DNA from: Candidatus Aenigmatarchaeota archaeon
Lineage (GTDB): Archaea > Aenigmatarchaeota > Aenigmatarchaeia > CG10238-14 > SCSR01
DNA: 64,000 nucleotides
NCBI GenBank assembly: GCA_016213525.1
Contig: JACRAE010000001.1
Span: 11,268 to 75,267, forward strand
Direction: 5' to 3'
Part shown: positions 63,084-64,000 of the stretch, piece after piece
Numbering within the stretch: position 1 is the first letter of the stretch
Layout: each line of letters begins with the position of its first letter
Made by a program: the position numbers and the translations under genes
Notes under the pieces: model-generated
Database searches by the model: none
What the model was told of the DNA's origin: nothing
Seen by the model: only the letters and a program-made list of their open reading frames with translations

Positions 63084-63266
63084 TCAAGCCTTCTTCTTGA
63101 CCATCGGAAGTCCGGTCGGCCCCTCTATGACCTGCATGTTGTCTGGCAGGTCTATCGAGTCCTCAGGCTTCTTGCTGAAGAAGTACAGCTTCGAGCCCTT
63201 CGTGCCCACGTCCCTCGAGTGGAGGTGGTAGGTCTGACCCTTGCTGTTAACGTGCGAATATGCCAT
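63084..63266 (-). CDS. small conserved hypothetical protein (60 aa)
   Basis: MAYSHVNSKGQTYHLHSRDV...LYFFSKK resembles a widespread small protein family of unknown function. This is from memory. Confidence 0.5.
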   Translation of the reverse strand: MAYSHVNSKGQTYHLHSRDVGTKGSKLYFFSKKPEDSIDLPDNMQVIEGPTGLPMVKKKA

Positions 63267-63312
63267 TCTAGAATTTTCGTTTCTAGCGCTCTTAAAGCTT
63301 ACTGGGTAGGAA

Positions 63313-64000
63313 TCAGAGAACTATCTTGGTGTCCTCGTAGACGGCCACCATGCCGCCAGCCTCCTCCTTCAGCGGCGGGAACGCCTCTATCGCCTCGGCT
63401 TCGAGCAGCTGCCTCAGAGCCATCCCCATCTTGACGCGGGGCATGTTCAGCCACCTCGTGGCGAACGGCAGCATCTCGAAGTCGTTCTTGGCCATCTCCA
63501 GTATTTTCCTGGCCTCGGGCATCCTCACCGGGGCGTCGCGCAGGAACTTGTAGATCGTGGTGGGGCTCGACTCCTTCACCCAGCCAGAGCCGTCCGTCGT
63601 AAAGACTTCTATCGCGAGCGGAGTGCCCTCCCGTATCACGGTCATGTCGTTCGTCTTGCTGTTTGGTATGGTCGGCGGCTCGTGCTGGCTGTTCTGGGAC
63701 ATGCTGTGCCCGGCGAGGTTCCTTATCGGCCTGAAGCCGGCGCCGACCACTATGTCCTCGATTATTGCGGATATCTCGCTGACCGTGACCCCCGGTTCCA
63801 GGGCGTCGAGCGCTGCCCTAGTCGCCATCTCCGACGTCTCGATGAGTGGATGTCCCTTCTCTCCGACGCATATCGTGAAGGCGCGGTCCGATATGTAGCC
63901 GTCCACCTGGCAGCCTATGTCGACCTTCACGAGGTCCCCGCGCCTCAAAAAAGTCTGATCTTCTATGTCGGGCGTGACGTGCGCCGCAATCTCATTTATG
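63313..64000 (-). CDS. map: methionine aminopeptidase (type 2), N-terminus outside the window
   Basis: The frame stays open to the window edge. ...NEIAAHVTPD...GDLVKVDIGCQVDGYISDRAFT...HSM...IEVF fits the MetAP metal-binding pattern. Confidence 0.9.
   Translation of the reverse strand, partial: INEIAAHVTPDIEDQTFLRRGDLVKVDIGCQVDGYISDRAFTICVGEKGHPLIETSEMATRAALDALEPGVTVSEISAIIEDIVVGAGFRPIRNLAGHSMSQNSQHEPPTIPNSKTNDMTVIREGTPLAIEVFTTDGSGWVKESSPTTIYKFLRDAPVRMPEARKILEMAKNDFEMLPFATRWLNMPRVKMGMALRQLLEAEAIEAFPPLKEEAGGMVAVYEDTKIVL

Overview
This is an archaeal chromosomal segment. The evidence is split RNA polymerase genes in the order rpoH-rpoB''-rpoB'-rpoA'-rpoA'', followed by rpl30e-nusA-rps12-rps7-aEF2. 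It also carries aEF-1alpha/rps10, aEF-1beta, rpl21e-rpoF-DUF655, Pus10, SRP54/FtsY, prefoldin alpha, a class-I CCA-adding enzyme, RNase Z, ATP-dependent DNA ligase and an archaeal-type ThrRS. tRNA identity elements agree: C1:G72 in tRNA-Tyr and A1:U72 in initiator tRNA-Met. Coding density is high, 4-nt gene overlaps are frequent, and many promoters look leaderless (TATA box 22-32 nt upstream of the ATG). I found seven tRNA genes, none encoding CCA and three with introns, plus an orphan 5S rRNA. No CRISPR array, reverse transcriptase or transposase was seen.

Most unusual items:
1. A 132-nt initiator tRNA-Met gene that seems to be interrupted at three positions. It lies next to a free-standing, AT-rich LAGLIDADG homing-endonuclease ORF whose frame runs antisense across the whole tRNA.
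2. A 2379-aa, sequon-dense, membrane-anchored surface protein with a glycine-rich domain and four or more LamG/ConA-like modules. Its composition looks mosaic, and a Cys-rich secreted protein follows it.
3. A visibly AT-rich island at about 5.9-9.1 kb with phased T-tracts, iteron-like direct repeats, palindromes and small wHTH and Zn-ribbon genes. This may be a mobile-element remnant or an origin-like region.
4. A trio of IMPase-like, Nudix-box-like and IMPase-like genes directly downstream of aEF-2, where tuf-rps10 normally sit.
5. Duplicated promoter-plus-gene modules next to a tyrosine recombinase.
6. About eight small CxxC...CxxC zinc-ribbon ORFs, six of which fall below the ORF-track cutoff.

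All functional calls rest on my reading of the translations and motifs. No database search was run.
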